From NCBI RefSeq assembly GCF_009914755.1, contig NC_060948.1: a DNA stretch of 64,000 nucleotides. One strand, written 5' to 3'. Every line of letters starts with the position of its first letter. Position 1 is the stretch's first letter. Origin of the DNA: the human T2T-CHM13v2.0 reference genome, Homo sapiens. The notes beneath the pieces are model-generated. The model ran no database searches, had not been told where the DNA came from, and saw only the letters and a list, made by a program, of their open reading frames with translations. The position numbers and the translations under genes were made by a program. Below are positions 1-13,646 of the stretch, piece by piece.

Positions 1-707
1 GAGTCTGCTGTGGAAAGAATAAAGACAGTTCTGATCAGAATCTAGAAAATTAGTGAGTTATATGTATGTGTTTTTTTATCTGAAAATAAAGATGGTATCA
101 TTTATATCTATCAGCCCACTGTGAAAATCAGAATTATCAGTCAGACTGATTCCGTGTTACTCAGGAAGAAAAATGTTATTTCAAAAGATGCTTTGAACAC
201 CCTAGCGTTAGGGAAGAGGATTGTAACAAATTGGTTTAAAACGTTGAGGCTTATTTTCTTTTTGGTGGGGCTTTTTTTTTTTTTTTTTTTTTTTAAGATT
301 TATCTTTAGTCTACTCAGTAAAGTGAAAAGTTGTTTATGAATATAGAACAGGATGATTTTAATAACTTTAATTTTTACAAATCTAAACTCTCTAGTTTTG
401 GGTGTCTTTTTTAACTACTTCACGTAGTACTTTCACAAATACTAAATGGGTATTCTTCCACAGCATTATACAAGACTCGGTGATGAGCGGCACTAGGTTT
501 AAGAAAGTACTGTATCCTTCGGTTAAAATTCCATGCTGATGTACTCTGATAAGTTTAAATCCTGAGCCTGAACTGAGCTGCACTGGTGACTGAATTACAA
601 TGAAAGTAATTTATATAAAATATACTTAAAATACAAAAATGGTATTTCACATTATGTATGGGTTTTGCCTGCATACGTAATTATGATGTCTACTTTCCAA
701 ATTACAG

Positions 708-854
708 TCTGCTGCAAATCCTGAGACTCCAAACTCAACCATCTCCAGAGAGGCCAGCACCCAGTCTTCATCAGCTGCAGCTAGCCAAGGCTGGGTGTTA
801 CCAGAAGGCAAAATCGTGCCAAACACTGTTTTTGTTGGTGGAATTGATGCTAGG
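708..854 (+). CDS. DAZ: DAZ exon 2 (147 nt): SAANPETPNSTISREASTQSSSAAASQGWVLPEGKIVPNTVFVGGIDAR, includes RNP2
   Basis: attacag|TCT...AGG|gtattg; RNP2 motif VFVGGI. Confidence 0.96.
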
Positions 855-1128
855 GTATTGTATTCGTACCTCATTTTTACCTTAACATACATCATGAACA
901 ATGGGATGTGGGCCCTGTTACAAACTTAAATTTTTTTTTGTACTTCCTGGAGGTTTAGAATTGCTTTTAGGTTTGACCCATAGGTACTAAAAATATCTTT
1001 GACAAAGGGCTGCTGGTCATTCGGGGATAAATGGGGGAGAAATTTCCACCTCATGGTAGTAAAATTGTAGTAAAGTTGAAATTTTTGAATGCTGAATTTT
1101 TACTCTGACGTTCAGTTCTTTTCCATAG

Positions 1129-1220
1129 ATGGATGAAACTGAGATTGGAAGCTGCTTTGGTAGATACGGTTCAGTGAAAGAAGTGAAGATAATCACGAAT
1201 CGAACTGGTGTGTCCAAAGG
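1129..1220 (+). CDS. DAZ: DAZ exon 3 (92 nt): MDETEIGSCFGRYGSVKEVKIITNRTGVSK(G)
   Basis: ttccatag|ATG...AAAGG|gtgagt; frame continuous with exon 2. Confidence 0.96.
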
Positions 1221-1780
1221 GTGAGTAATTTTATCAAAAATATGTGAACTCCAGTCACCTATTCTATAAGTATCAGACAAGACTTCAAAACTGATATTCT
1301 GACCCTTGTATAAATGCAATATTCTGCAGTGTTAATTTCTTTCACGTAGGGGATAAAAGGCTATTACCAGTTCTTCTATTTGACCATTTTTCTAATGTTT
1401 GTATTTAAATGTCTCCAGTTTCTATTTCATACAGATGAGTTAATCAGTTTTCTCAAATAATTGTTTTCTTCATACACTGCAGAGCATCTTAAATTTTAAC
1501 CACCTTGTCTTAGACAGTAAGTTAAACTCAGGTTCACAGATATGAATTCTTTGCTAATCAATAAAGTTGTCACACTGCCCTAATCCTAGCACATTTTGAC
1601 ATAGTTCTGCTTAAGAAAAAGTGGTATTTGTAGAGGATCTGTCATGTACATCTTAGCAAATACTTATCATGGTATATTATTCGTCTTTTGTCATGACCAC
1701 TTCTGTATATAGAATAGTAGACCTTCTGAACCACGTACTGTATGATGGTGATTTTATGCTTCATTTGTCTGCCTTTATAG

Positions 1781-1832
1781 CTATGGATTTGTTTCGTTTG
1801 TTAATGACGTGGATGTCCAGAAGATAGTAGGA
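1781..1832 (+). CDS. DAZ: DAZ exon 4 (52 nt): (G)YGFVSFVNDVDVQKIVG, completes RNP1
   Basis: ctttatag|CTATGGA...GGA|gtaagt; RNP1 KGYGFVSF formed across the exon 3/4 junction. Confidence 0.96.
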
Positions 1833-2268
1833 GTAAGTAATCTAATAGAAAAATCTCTTATTTATCTTATTGCTACAACGTTTAGTGTCAGTGATACACT
1901 CGGACTTGTGTAAAATTTGGGGAAAGACACACTTCCTGTTCAAAATCCAAACTCAGAGTAACCTCACGTAGCTTGTTTGATCCTGTTTATTTTTGACTGG
2001 ACACCTAGTTTCATGAACTACAGACAGGAAGGGTTGGAGACAGGGTGATGGAAAGTTTTTGATCAACTTTCACTTGATGCCTCTTGACACTGATTAGAGT
2101 AGTAAGGGTAAGTAAGGTAGCTTCGTGATGACAAATTTTAATTTGGTGCGTAGTTGTCCCCGATCTTCTATGATGATAGGTACTTTAGAAGACTTCAGGT
2201 GTTTACCCAAGTCTTGGAAGCTAACACTTGAAAATTGATTCTAGTTTTGTTAACGGTTCTATTTTCAG

Positions 2269-2332
2269 TCACAGATACATTTCCATGGTAAAAAGCTGAA
2301 GCTGGGCCCTGCAATCAGGAAACAAAAGTTAT
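2269..2332 (+). CDS. DAZ: DAZ exon 5 (64 nt): SQIHFHGKKLKLGPAIRKQKL
   Basis: ttttcag|TCACAG...TTAT|gtgagt. Confidence 0.96.
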
Positions 2333-2421
2333 GTGAGTAGGAAAAGAAATGGTTCTTTTCTGACCCGTGTAGCTTTTCAAATAACTAAAAATAGGCTTTT
2401 TTCTTCTTGCTTTTTAAAAAG

Positions 2422-2561
2422 GTGCTCGTCATGTGCAGCCACGTCCTTTGGTAGTTAATCCTCCTCCTCCACCACAGTTTCAGAACGTCTGGCGGAATCC
2501 AAACACTGAAACCTACCTGCAGCCCCAAATCACGCCGAATCCTGTAACTCAGCACGTTCAG
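2422..2561 (+). CDS. DAZ: DAZ exon 6 (140 nt): (C)ARHVQPRPLVVNPPPPPQFQNVWRNPNTETYLQPQITPNPVTQHVQ
   Basis: aaaaag|GTGCT...CAG|gtaaga; overlaps ORF 2433..2642. Confidence 0.96.
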
Positions 2562-3961
2562 GTAAGAACTGCTTATGTTCCTGTTCTCTTGTTTATTCTA
2601 GTCATCCTTCCCTCTGTGGAATTGTATCTACACTTTCCATAGTAAGTGGCAATAGAATCCCTGTTTGAACAGTGTGAGTAACGGGAAATCTGTTACTTTT
2701 GTTAGAAATTTCTTATTCTTCGTGTTCGTCATTTGAGCTAAGAATCTTCTGTATACTTGGCGAAGCTTTCTCTTAGAAATGACCTCTGTAGACACATGAA
2801 CAAATCTCTTCCTATCTCTGCCTCTTTCACCTCATATAACTAGTTCCTAAAGTATTTGGAAGCAGCCCTCCTTATGTGTCTGCCTAGTTTATTGTTCTCT
2901 AAGGTTAGCAGTTAACCTAGCTATTCTTTACTTGCAGTGATTTCCAGATGCCTCCTCATATAAATTGCTTGACTTCTGGGTATATTCTGGTTCTGGGATG
3001 GGTAGATTTCTGATCTCTTTTGCTCTATCTAGAAATCCCGTGAGTTTCTGGCACGTAATTTCTCTGATGCTGGTTGCTTTGATATTTAAAGTAGGATTTG
3101 ACATACTCTTGTCACTTACTGGTGATAAATAACGTTTAGTTTGTTCTTCGTTCATTTTATTTATGTGTTAGTTTTTAAAAAGAGGTTTTCTTCGATGGAA
3201 AATAAAGTAACCAAATAGTAGTGAATTAGTTCTTCAGTGTCTCTCATTTGTTGACATTTTCCATGTACTTGAAACGTGTGGGGTACACCTCTTCTTCTTT
3301 TTCCTTCTCTGAGCAATGGCTAGAAGAAAAGCCCTACTTGTTTGTAGCATTTACTGTGAGCCATTACTGAATGTGGGTGTATTGATGAATGATGCTACCT
3401 GTATGTTTTTAATCAGTAAGTATTTATTGAAAAGTAGAAGACATTATACTGTCTCTTTTCCAGCTGTGGCTTATTTACTGCCCTTAATTTGTGGAAAAGA
3501 AGTACAGAGAAAGCCGTAACATCTGCCGAAGAACTACAGTATTACCCTATAATATCATCAGATAGCAAACAGTCTAGAAGTATTTTGCCAAAGAAAGAGC
3601 AAATGTATTATTTTAACTTACGTTGAAATCTATCTTAATAGAGCCTTATCAGCAGCGTAAGAAATAACTTCTGGGTGGGCATAAGTACACAGTATAAATA
3701 TGGTAGACTTTGGCCGGTGCAACAGTCACTTGTTTTGTCATTTGTCTCTTCCCCCTCCCCGCCCAAAGGGTAGCACTTGACAGAGAATATTTGTTTCTTC
3801 ATGTCAGTCATTCATTTAGAAATCTGTATTTCTGTATGTAGAAAAATAATTACCATTTCAAGGTTTTTCGTATTTTTGTTATTTTGGGAATGATATTTCT
3901 TTCTAGTTAAAGAAAATGTTTTACCGTATTAATCCATTCTTTCTGTAAACTTTATTTTCAG

Positions 3962-4033
3962 GCTTATTCTGCTTATCCACATTCACCAGGTCAGGTCATC
4001 ACTGGATGTCAGTTGCTTGTATATAATTATCAG
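3962..4033 (+). CDS. DAZ: DAZ exon 7, repeat 1 (A): AYSAYPHSPGQVITGCQLLVYNYQ
   Basis: 72 nt, ttttcag|GCT...CAG|gtaatt, phase 0/0. Confidence 0.95.
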
Positions 4034-4785
4034 GTAATTGAAGAGGGAGTAAGATGATTTACTTTCAGCTACTATTGAGGCCTCAACTTGCTTATACAAA
4101 TTGCTTGAATAGGTTGTCCTTTTAAACTAGTGAACTGTACCTAAAATTTAAGAAATCACTTAGAATTAGTGTAATGAGGACCTCTGTTTTATTTAGAAGT
4201 GATGAAATAAGATTTTGACAGGAGGGTACTTAGCAATAACTTTTCCGTAGAACAATTTCTGAGATTTGGTGTTCCCTTCTTTGTTTCAGCATGTATTTTG
4301 TTATCTTTGCTGTCAAAGAGCTGAAACATCCAGACTGACTTTCCTGAATCTTGTAGAGATACAGAGTGAAATAAAAGCTTTACCGAATTCTTAGAGCACA
4401 GAATTTCAGTTGTATTTTTATTTTAGCTTGCTGCTTCATGATAGCAGTTCTCTGGGTCTCTTTTCAATGGTACAACTATTATCTGTGACCCATAATTGTA
4501 TCTGTGGTAACAAATTCAAAGAATTAATATCTTTGAGGGTTCCACAATTCTGTTTCCATAAAATTGGGAAAAAGGTGAGGTTTTCTGTGTAGAAGTAACA
4601 ACAAGAACTTTGGGGATTAGAAACCTAAAGTACTTCTTTTTTCTATTCTGTTTCTTTTATTATAACAAAGGAGCCATCATGATAAATACTCCAATATTAT
4701 GTAACTCATGTGTTTTTGAAAACGTGTAGGAGTATTTAAATAATTTTGGTTACTTTTTTTTTTTTTTTTTTTTTTTTAATTTAAG

Positions 4786-4836
4786 ATTCCACTGCACTGG
4801 CCTGTTGGGGCGCAAAGGAGTTATGTTGTTCCTCCG
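4786..4836 (+). other. Exon-8-like copy in unit A, full 51 nt and open: IPLHWPVGAQRSYVVPP
   Basis: Long poly-T tract, ttaag|ATT...CCG|gtaaag; no stop; usage unknown. Confidence 0.7.
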
Positions 4837-6404
4837 GTAAAGCGAATGAGTGAAACATATACCTGCTCTTCTTTCTTGATTTTTTGTGTGGCACATATGC
4901 CTATAAATATTTTTAATGATTCTTTATATTGATGTGTTAACGTTTTGTTACTTTCTTTTTAACCCAATTATAATCTCCCATGGGAGAAACAGTGCCTTTT
5001 TCTCTCTCAGGTTTTTGTATGCTTAAGCAATGGCTTCTCCAAATTATGACAAGTGTTCAGTTACTTGTCGATAGATTATTTAATCTAAGAAAGGTAGTCC
5101 TAATGTGGCTTTATCTAAGAAAGGTAGTATTAATTTGGCTTTAGAATAGCATGTATCTGATGAGAATCTGCATCTGGATGTACCAACCATAAAAAATTTC
5201 ATAAAAGAAACAGAAATGTTTTGCTGTTAATTACTCTTAAATAAGAATAGGATTAAAAAGAGTATTACCTCTATAACACCTGAGCTGCTTTCCCCCATAT
5301 AACTAAAATATTTAAAAGCAGTTCTCCTCATGTGTCTGCCTGCTTTATTCTTCTCTAAGTTTAGCAGTTAATCCAGGTATTCTTTATTTGAAATGATTTC
5401 CAGATGCCTCTGCATATTAAATTGCTGACTTCCAGATATATTCTGGTTCTGGAATGGGTAGATTTCTGATATGTTTTAGGTATCTGTAAATCCCGCAAGT
5501 TTCTGGCATGTAGTGTCTCTGATCCTTGTTAGTTTGCTATTTAAAGTAGATTTGACATATTCTGTCACTTACTGGTGGTAAATAACGTTTATTTTCTTCT
5601 TAGTTCATTTTATTTATATCTTAGTTTAAAAGACATTTTCTTTGATGGAAAATAAAGTAACAGAATAGTAGTGAAGTAGTTATATTCAGTGTTTCTCATT
5701 TGTTGACATTTTCCCTGTACTTGAAACATGTACGGTATACCTCATCTTCTTTTTCCTTCTGTGAACAATGGCTGGAATAAAAGCCCTACTTCTATCATTT
5801 ACTGTGAGCCATTACTGAATCTGGGTGTATTGATGCATGCTGCTTACCTATATGTGTTGAAACAATAAGTATTTATTGAAACATATGAGACATTATACTG
5901 TCTCTTTTCCAGTATTGGATTCTATACTGCACTTAGTTTTTCAACATGAAGTACAGAAAACGCCGTAAATTCTGCAGAACTACGTATTACCTTATAATAT
6001 TGTCAAATACACATCAGTCTGGAAGCATTTTTACAGGGAAATAGCAAATGTATTAATTTAACTTACATTGAACTCTGTCTTAATGCAGCCTTATCACCAG
6101 TGCAAGAAATAACTTCTGGGTGGGCATAAGTACACAATATAAGTAAGGTTAACTTTGCCTGGTGTCATAGCCAGTTCTTTTGACATTTGTCTGTTCCCCC
6201 TCCACGCCCAACCATAGCACTTGACCGAGAATAATACGTTCTTCATAAATCAGTCAGTCACTTACAATTCTACATTGTTGCAGATAGAAAAATAATTAGT
6301 ATTTCGAAATTTTTCATAGTTTTGTTATATTGGGACTAATTCTTCCTAATTAAAAATAATGTTTTAACGTATTAATTCATTCTTTCTGTATAATTTATTT
6401 TCAG

Positions 6405-6476
6405 GAATATCCTACTTATCCCGATTCAGCATTTCAGGTCACCACTGGATATCAGTTGCCTGTATATAATTATCAG
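6405..6476 (+). CDS. DAZ: DAZ exon 7, repeat 2 (B): EYPTYPDSAFQVTTGYQLPVYNYQ
   Basis: 72 nt, cag|GAA...CAG|gtaatg. Confidence 0.95.
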
Positions 6477-7204
6477 GTAATGTAAGAGGGAGTAAAATGA
6501 TTTGCTTTCAGGTATTATTGGGGCCTTTAACTTTTTTAGACAAATTTCCTGAACAGTTGGTCATTTTAAACTAGTGAAGTGTACCTAAAATTTAAGGAAA
6601 CACTTAGAATTAGTGTAGAATGAAGACATCTGTCTTATTTAGAAGTAATGAAGTAGTATTTTGAGAGGAATATACCTGGCAATAACATTTCTGTAGAAGA
6701 GATTTCTGAGATGTGGTGTTCTCTCCTTTACTTCTGGATGTAGTTTTCATCTTTACTGTGAAATAGCTGAATGAAACATCCAAACTGACTTTCATGAATT
6801 TTCTTAGGGAGATAGAGTGAAATAAATTTCTGCTGCACTTTTCAGAGCACAGAATCCCAATTACATTTTCATTTTAGCTGGCTGTTTGAAGATAGTAATT
6901 CTCTGGATCTCTTTTCATAGATACAAGTATATCTATGACCCATAATTATATCTATGGTAATAAACTGAAAGAGGTAGTATCTTGGAGGTTTCCACATTGC
7001 CAACTCCTGAAAATTTGGAGAAAGATGAAGTTTCAAATATAAAAGTAAGAAGAATGTCATGGACTAGAAACATGATGTACTTAAGTTTTCCTTTCTGTTA
7101 CTTTTATTATAATAAAAAAGGAGACAGCAGGATAAGGACTTCAATATTGTGTTTCTCATGAGTTTTTGAAAATGTGTAGGAATACTTTAATAGTTTTGGT
7201 GTCC

Positions 7205-7235
<31 letters not shown>

Positions 7236-8795
7236 GCCACCATAGGGGCCTGTTGGGGAGCAAAGGGATTCCGTTCTTGACGTTAAGTGAATTAGCCAAA
7301 CATAGACTTCCTGTTCATTCTTGATTTTTTTCCATGTCCTATATGCCTATAAATATTTTTAAGTGATTCTTTATATTAATTTTTTTGTCGTTGTTACTTT
7401 CTTGTTAACCCGATTATGAACTCCCATGGGAGCAAGAGTGCCTTTTTTGCCCTCAGGTTTTTATGTGCCTAAGCAATGGCAGGTCCACATAATGATAGAC
7501 TATATAATCACAGAAAAGTAGTATTCACTTGACTTTAGAATTATCACGTATCTGCCAATAATCTGCCTCTGGCTTTACCAGCAATAGAAAATTTATAGAA
7601 GAGAAACAGAATTGCTTTGCTGTTAATGACGCTTAAATAAGAACAGGAGTGAACGAGAGTATTACCTCCAAATCACCGGAGCTGCTTTCCCCCTTATAAG
7701 CAGTTCCTAAAGTGAATGAAAGCAGCTCTCCTTATGTGTCTGCCTACTTTATTCTTCGGTAAGTTTAGCAGTTCATCTAGCTATCCTTTATTTGAAATGA
7801 TTTCCAGATGCCTCCTCATATAAATTGCTGACTTCTGGATATTTCCTGGTTCTGGAATGGGTAGATTTCTGATGTGGTTTAGTATATATATGTAAACCCC
7901 GTGAGCTTCTGGCATCTAATTTCTCTGATCCTGGTTACATTGATATTTAAAGTAGGGTTTGACATACTCTGTCACCTACTGTTGATAAATAACGTTTATA
8001 TTCTTCTTAGTTCATTTTATTGACGTGTTAGCTTTAAAGACATTTTCTTTGACGGAAAATGAAGTAACAAAATAATAGTGAAATAGTTATGCAGTGTCTC
8101 TAATTTGTTGATATTTTCCATGTACTTGAAACTTGTATGGTATACCTCTTCTTTTTCCTTCTCTGAACAATGGCTAGAAAAAAAGTCCTACTTTTTTCTG
8201 TCATTTACTGTGAGGCATCACTGATTCTGGGTGTATTCATGTATGCTGCTACCTGTATGTTTTCAAACAATAAGAATTTATTGAAACATGTAAGACATTA
8301 TACTTTCTCTTCTCCAGTATTGGATCATAGACTGCACTTAGTTTTTCGTAATGAAGTACAGACAAAGCCATAACATCTGTCGAACTACATATTACCCTAT
8401 AATATTGTCTGATACAAAACAGTCTAGAAATATTCTTACAGAGAAATTGCAAATGTATTAATTTAACTTACCTTGCAATCTCTCTTAATGGAGCCTTACC
8501 ACCAGTGTAAGAAATAACGTCTGGGTGTGAATAAGTACACAGTATAAGGTAAACTTTGGTGAAGTAGTCAATTCTTTTGTCATTTGTTCCCCCTTCACAC
8601 CCATAGTGTAGCACTTGACCTAGAATCTTTCTTTCTTCATAAAGTCAGTCATTCATTTGGAATTCTGCATTGTTGTACGTAGAAAAAGGATATTTTACCT
8701 TTTGTAATATTTTTGTTATATTGGGAATTATATTTCTTTGTAATTTTAAAAAGTGGTTTACCATATTCATTTTTTTCTGCAACCTTTCTTTTCAG

Positions 8796-8867
8796 CCATT
8801 TCCTGCTTATCCAAGATCACCATTTCAGGTCACTGCTGGATATCAGTTGCCTGTATATAATTATCAG
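8796..8867 (+). CDS. DAZ: DAZ exon 7, repeat 3 (C): PFPAYPRSPFQVTAGYQLPVYNYQ
   Basis: 72 nt, cag|CCA...CAG|gtaatg; seen in ORF 8670..8876. Confidence 0.95.
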
Positions 8868-11191
8868 GTAATGTAAGAAGGAGTAAAATGATTTACTTTC
8901 AGGTATTACTGAGGCATTCAACTTGTTTATACAAATTTCCTGAATAGTTGGTCATTTTAAATTAGTGAAGTGTACCTAAAATTTAAGGAAACACGTAGAA
9001 GTAGTGTAGAATGAAGACCTCTGTCTTATTTAGAAGTAATGAAGTAGTATTTTGAGAGGAATATACTTGGCAATAACTTTTCTGTAGAAGAGATTTCTGA
9101 GATGTGGTGTTCTCTTCTTTATTTCTGGATGCAGTTTTCATCTTTACTGTGAAATAGCTGAATGAAACATCCAAACTGACTTTCATGAATTTTCTTAGGG
9201 AGATAGAGTGAAATAAATTTATGCTGCACTTTTCAGAGCACAGAATCCCAATTACATTTTCATTTTAGCTGGCTGTTTGAAGATAGTAATGCTCTGGATC
9301 TCTTTTCATAGATACAAGTATATCTATGACCCATAATTACATCTATGGTAAGAAACTGAAAGAGGTAGTATCTTTGAGGTTTCCACCTTGCCAACTCCCG
9401 AAAATTTGGAGAAAGGTGAAGTTTCCAATATAAAAGTAACAAGAATGTCATGGACTAGAAACATAAAGTACTTAAGTTTTCCTTTCTGTTACTTTTATTA
9501 TAATGAAAAAGGAGACAGCCGGATAAGTACTTCAATGTTGTATTTCTCATGTGTTTTTGAAAATGTGTAGGAATACATATAATAGTTTCGGTGTCCTTTT
9601 TTTTTCTTTCTTTTTCTTTCTTTTTTTTTTTTAAGATGCCACCATAAGGTCCTGTTGGGGAGCAAAGGATTATGTTGTCCTTGACGTTAAGTGAATTAGC
9701 CAAACATAGATTTTCTGTTCATTCTTGATTTTTTTCCATGTCATATATGCCTATAAATATTTTTAAGTGATTCTTTATATTAATTTTTTTGTTGTTGTTA
9801 CTTTCTTGTTAACCCGATTATAAACTCCCATGGGAGCAAGAGTGCCTTTTTTGCCCTCAGGTTTTTATGTGGTTAAGCAATGGCAGGTCCATATAATGAC
9901 AGACTATATAATCAAAGAAAGGTAGTGTTCATGTGACTTTACAATTAGCATGTATCTGCATAGAATCTGCCTCTGGCTTTACCAGCAATAGAATATTTAT
10001 AGAAGAGAAACAGAAATGCTTTGCTGTTAATGACGCTTAAATGAGAATAGGAGTAAACGAGAGTATTACCGCCAAATCACCGGAGCTGCTTTCCCCCTTA
10101 TAACCAGTTCCTAAAGTGAATGAAAGCAGCTCCCCTTATGTGTCTGCCTACTTTATTCTTTGGTAAGTTTAGCAGTTCATCTAGCTATTCTTTATTTGAA
10201 ATGATTTCCGGATGCCTCCTCATATAAATTGCTGACTTCTGGAAATATTCTTCTTCTGGAATGGGTAGATTTCTGATGTGGTTTAGTATATATATAAACC
10301 CCGTGAGCTTCTGGCGTCTAATTTCTCTGATTCTGGTTACACTGATATTTAAAGTAGGGTTTGACATACTCCATCACTTAATGTTGATAACTAACCTTTA
10401 TATTCTTCTTAGTTCGTTTTATTTATGTGTTAGCTTAAAAGACATTTTCTTTGATGGAAAATGAAGTAACAAAATAATAGTGAAATAGTTCTGCGGTTGT
10501 CTCTAATTTCGTGATATTTTCCATGTACTTGAAACATGTATGGTATACCTCTTCTTTTTCCTTCTCTGAACAATGGCTAGAAAAAAAGCCTTACTTGTTT
10601 CTGTCATTTACTGTGAGCGATTACTGAATCTGGGTGTATTCATGTATGCTGCTACCTGTATGTTTTCAGATAATAAAAATTTTTTGAAACATATAAGACA
10701 TTATACTTTCTCTTGTCCAGTATTGGATTATAGACTGCACTTAGTTTTTCGTAATGAAGTACAGACAAAGCCATAACATCTGTCAAACTATATATTGTCC
10801 TATAATATTGTCTGATACAAAACAGTCTAGAAATATTCTGACAGGGAAATAGCAAATGTATTAATTTAACTTACCTTGCAATCTCTCTTAATGGAGCCTT
10901 ACCACCAGTGTAAGAAATAACTTCTGGGTGTGAATAAGTACACAGTATAAGGTAAACTTTGGTGAAATAGTCAATTCTTTTGTCATTAGTTCCCCCTTCA
11001 CTCCCAAAGTGTAGCACTTGTCATAGAATCTTTCTTTCTTCATAAAGTCAGTCATTCATTTAGAATTCTGCATTATTGTATGTAGAAAAACAATATTTTA
11101 CCTATTTTTGTTATATTCAGAATTATATTTCTTTCTAATTTTAAAAAAATGGTTTACCGTATTCATTTTTTTCTGGAACCTTTCTTTTCAG

Positions 11192-11263
11192 GCATTTCCT
11201 GCTTATCCAAATTCACCATTTCAAGTCGCCACTGGATATCAGTTCCCTGTATACAATTATCAG
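11192..11263 (+). CDS. DAZ: DAZ exon 7, repeat 4 (D): AFPAYPNSPFQVATGYQFPVYNYQ
   Basis: 72 nt, cag|GCA...CAG|gtaatg. Confidence 0.95.
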
Positions 11264-13574
11264 GTAATGTCAGAGGGAGTAAAATGATTTGCTTTTAGGT
11301 ATTATTGAGGCCTTTAACTTGTTCATACAAATTTCCTGAATAGTTGCTCATTTTAAACTAGTGAATTGTACCTAAAATTTAAGGAAACACTTAGTGTAGA
11401 ATGAAGACCTCTGTGTTATTTAGAATAATGAGGTAGTATTTTGACAGGAATATACTTGGCAATAACTTTTCTGTAGAACAGATTTCTGAGATTTGGTGTT
11501 CTCTTCTTCATTTCTGGATGTAGTTTTCATCTTTACTGTCAAATAGCTAAATGAAACGTCCAAAGTGTCTTTCATGAATTTTCTTAGGGAGATAGACTGA
11601 AATAAAATTATGCTGCACTTTTCAGAGCACAGAATCCCAATTACATTTTCATTTTAGCTGGCTGTTTGAAGATAGTAATGCTCTGGATCTCTTTTCATAG
11701 ATACAAGTGTATCTGTGACCCATAATTATATCTATGGTAATAAACTGAAAGAGCTAGTATCTTTGAGGTTTCCACATTGCGAAATCCCGAAAATGTGGAG
11801 AGAGCTGAAGTTTCCAATGTAAAAGTAACAAGAATGTCATGGACTAGAAACATAAAGTATTTGAGTTTTCCTTTCTGTTACTTTTATTACAATAAAAAAG
11901 GAGACAGCAGGATAAGTACTTTAATATTGTGTTTCTCATGTGTTTTTGAAAATGTGTAGCAATACTTCAATAGTTTTGGTTTCCTTTTATTTATTGATTG
12001 ATTTTTTAAGATTCCACCTTAGGGGCCTGTTGGGTAGCAAAGGGATTATGTTGTCCTTGACGTTAAGGGAATTAGCCAAACATAGACTTCCTGTTCATTC
12101 TTGATTTTTTTCCATGTCATATATGCCTACAAATATTTTTAAGTGACTTTTTATGTTAATTTTTTTTTGTTGTTGTTTCCTTCTTGTTAACCCGATTATA
12201 AACTCCCATGGCAGCAACAGTGCCTTTTTTGTCCTCAGGTTTTTATGTGCTTAAGCAATGGCAGGTCTACATAATGATAGACTATATAATCAAAGAAAGG
12301 GAGTATTCACGTGACTTTAGAATTAGCATGTGTCTGCATAGAATATGCCTCTGGCTTTACCAGCAGTAGAAAATTTATAGAAGAGAAACAGAAATGCTTT
12401 GCTGTTAATGACGCCTAAATAAGAAGAGGAGTAAAGGAGAGTATTACCTCCAAATCACCGGAGCTGCTTTCCCCCTTATAAGCAGTTCCTAAAGTGAATG
12501 AAAGCAGCTCTCCTTATGTGTCTGCCTACTTTATTCTTCGGTAAGTTTAGCAGTTCATCTAGCTATCCTTTATTTGAAATGATTTCCAGATGCCTCCTCA
12601 TATAAATTGCTGACTTCTGGATATTTCCTGGTTCTGGAATGGGTAGATTTCTGATGTGGTTTAGTATATATATGTAAACCCCGTGAGCTTCTGGCATCTA
12701 ATTTCTCTGATCCTGGTTACATTGATATTTAAAGTAGGGTTTGACATACTCTGTCACCTACTGTTGATAAATAACGTTTATATTCTTCTTAGTTCATTTT
12801 ATTGACGTGTTAGCTTTAAAGACATTTTCTTTGACGGAAAATGAAGTAACAAAATAATAGTGAAATAGTTATGCAGTGTCTCTAATTTGTTGATATTTTC
12901 CATGTACTTGAAACTTGTATGGTATACCTCTTCTTTTTCCTTCTCTGAACAATGGCTAGAAAAAAAGTCCTACTTTTTTCTGTCATTTACTGTGAGGCAT
13001 CACTGATTCTGGGTGTATTCATGTATGCTGCTACCTGTATGTTTTCAAACAATAAGAATTTATTGAAACATGTAAGACATTATACTTTCTCTTCTCCAGT
13101 ATTGGATCATAGACTGCACTTAGTTTTTCGTAATGAAGTACAGACAAAGCCATAACATCTGTCGAACTACATATTACCCTATAATATTGTCTGATACAAA
13201 ACAGTCTAGAAATATTCTTACAGAGAAATTGCAAATGTATTAATTTAACTTACCTTGCAATCTCTCTTAATGGAGCCTTACCACCAGTGTAAGAAATAAC
13301 GTCTGGGTGTGAATAAGTACACAGTATAAGGTAAACTTTGGTGAAGTAGTCAATTTTGTCATTTGTTCCCCCTTCACACCCATAGTGTAGCACTTGACCT
13401 AGAATCTTTCTTTCTTCATAAAGTCAGTCATTCATTTGGAATTCTGCATTGTTGTACGTAGAAAAAGGATATTTTACCTTTTGTAATATTTTTGTTATAT
13501 TGGGAATTATATTTCTTTGTAATTTTAAAAAGTGGTTTACCATATTCATTTTTTTCTGCAACCTTTCTTTTCAG

Positions 13575-13646
13575 CCATTTCCTGCTTATCCAAGTTCACC
13601 ATTTCAGGTCACTGCTGGATATCAGTTGCCTGTATATAATTATCAG
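13575..13646 (+). CDS. DAZ: DAZ exon 7, repeat 5 (C'): PFPAYPSSPFQVTAGYQLPVYNYQ
   Basis: 72 nt; one substitution (AGA/AGT, R/S) relative to repeat 3. Confidence 0.95.
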
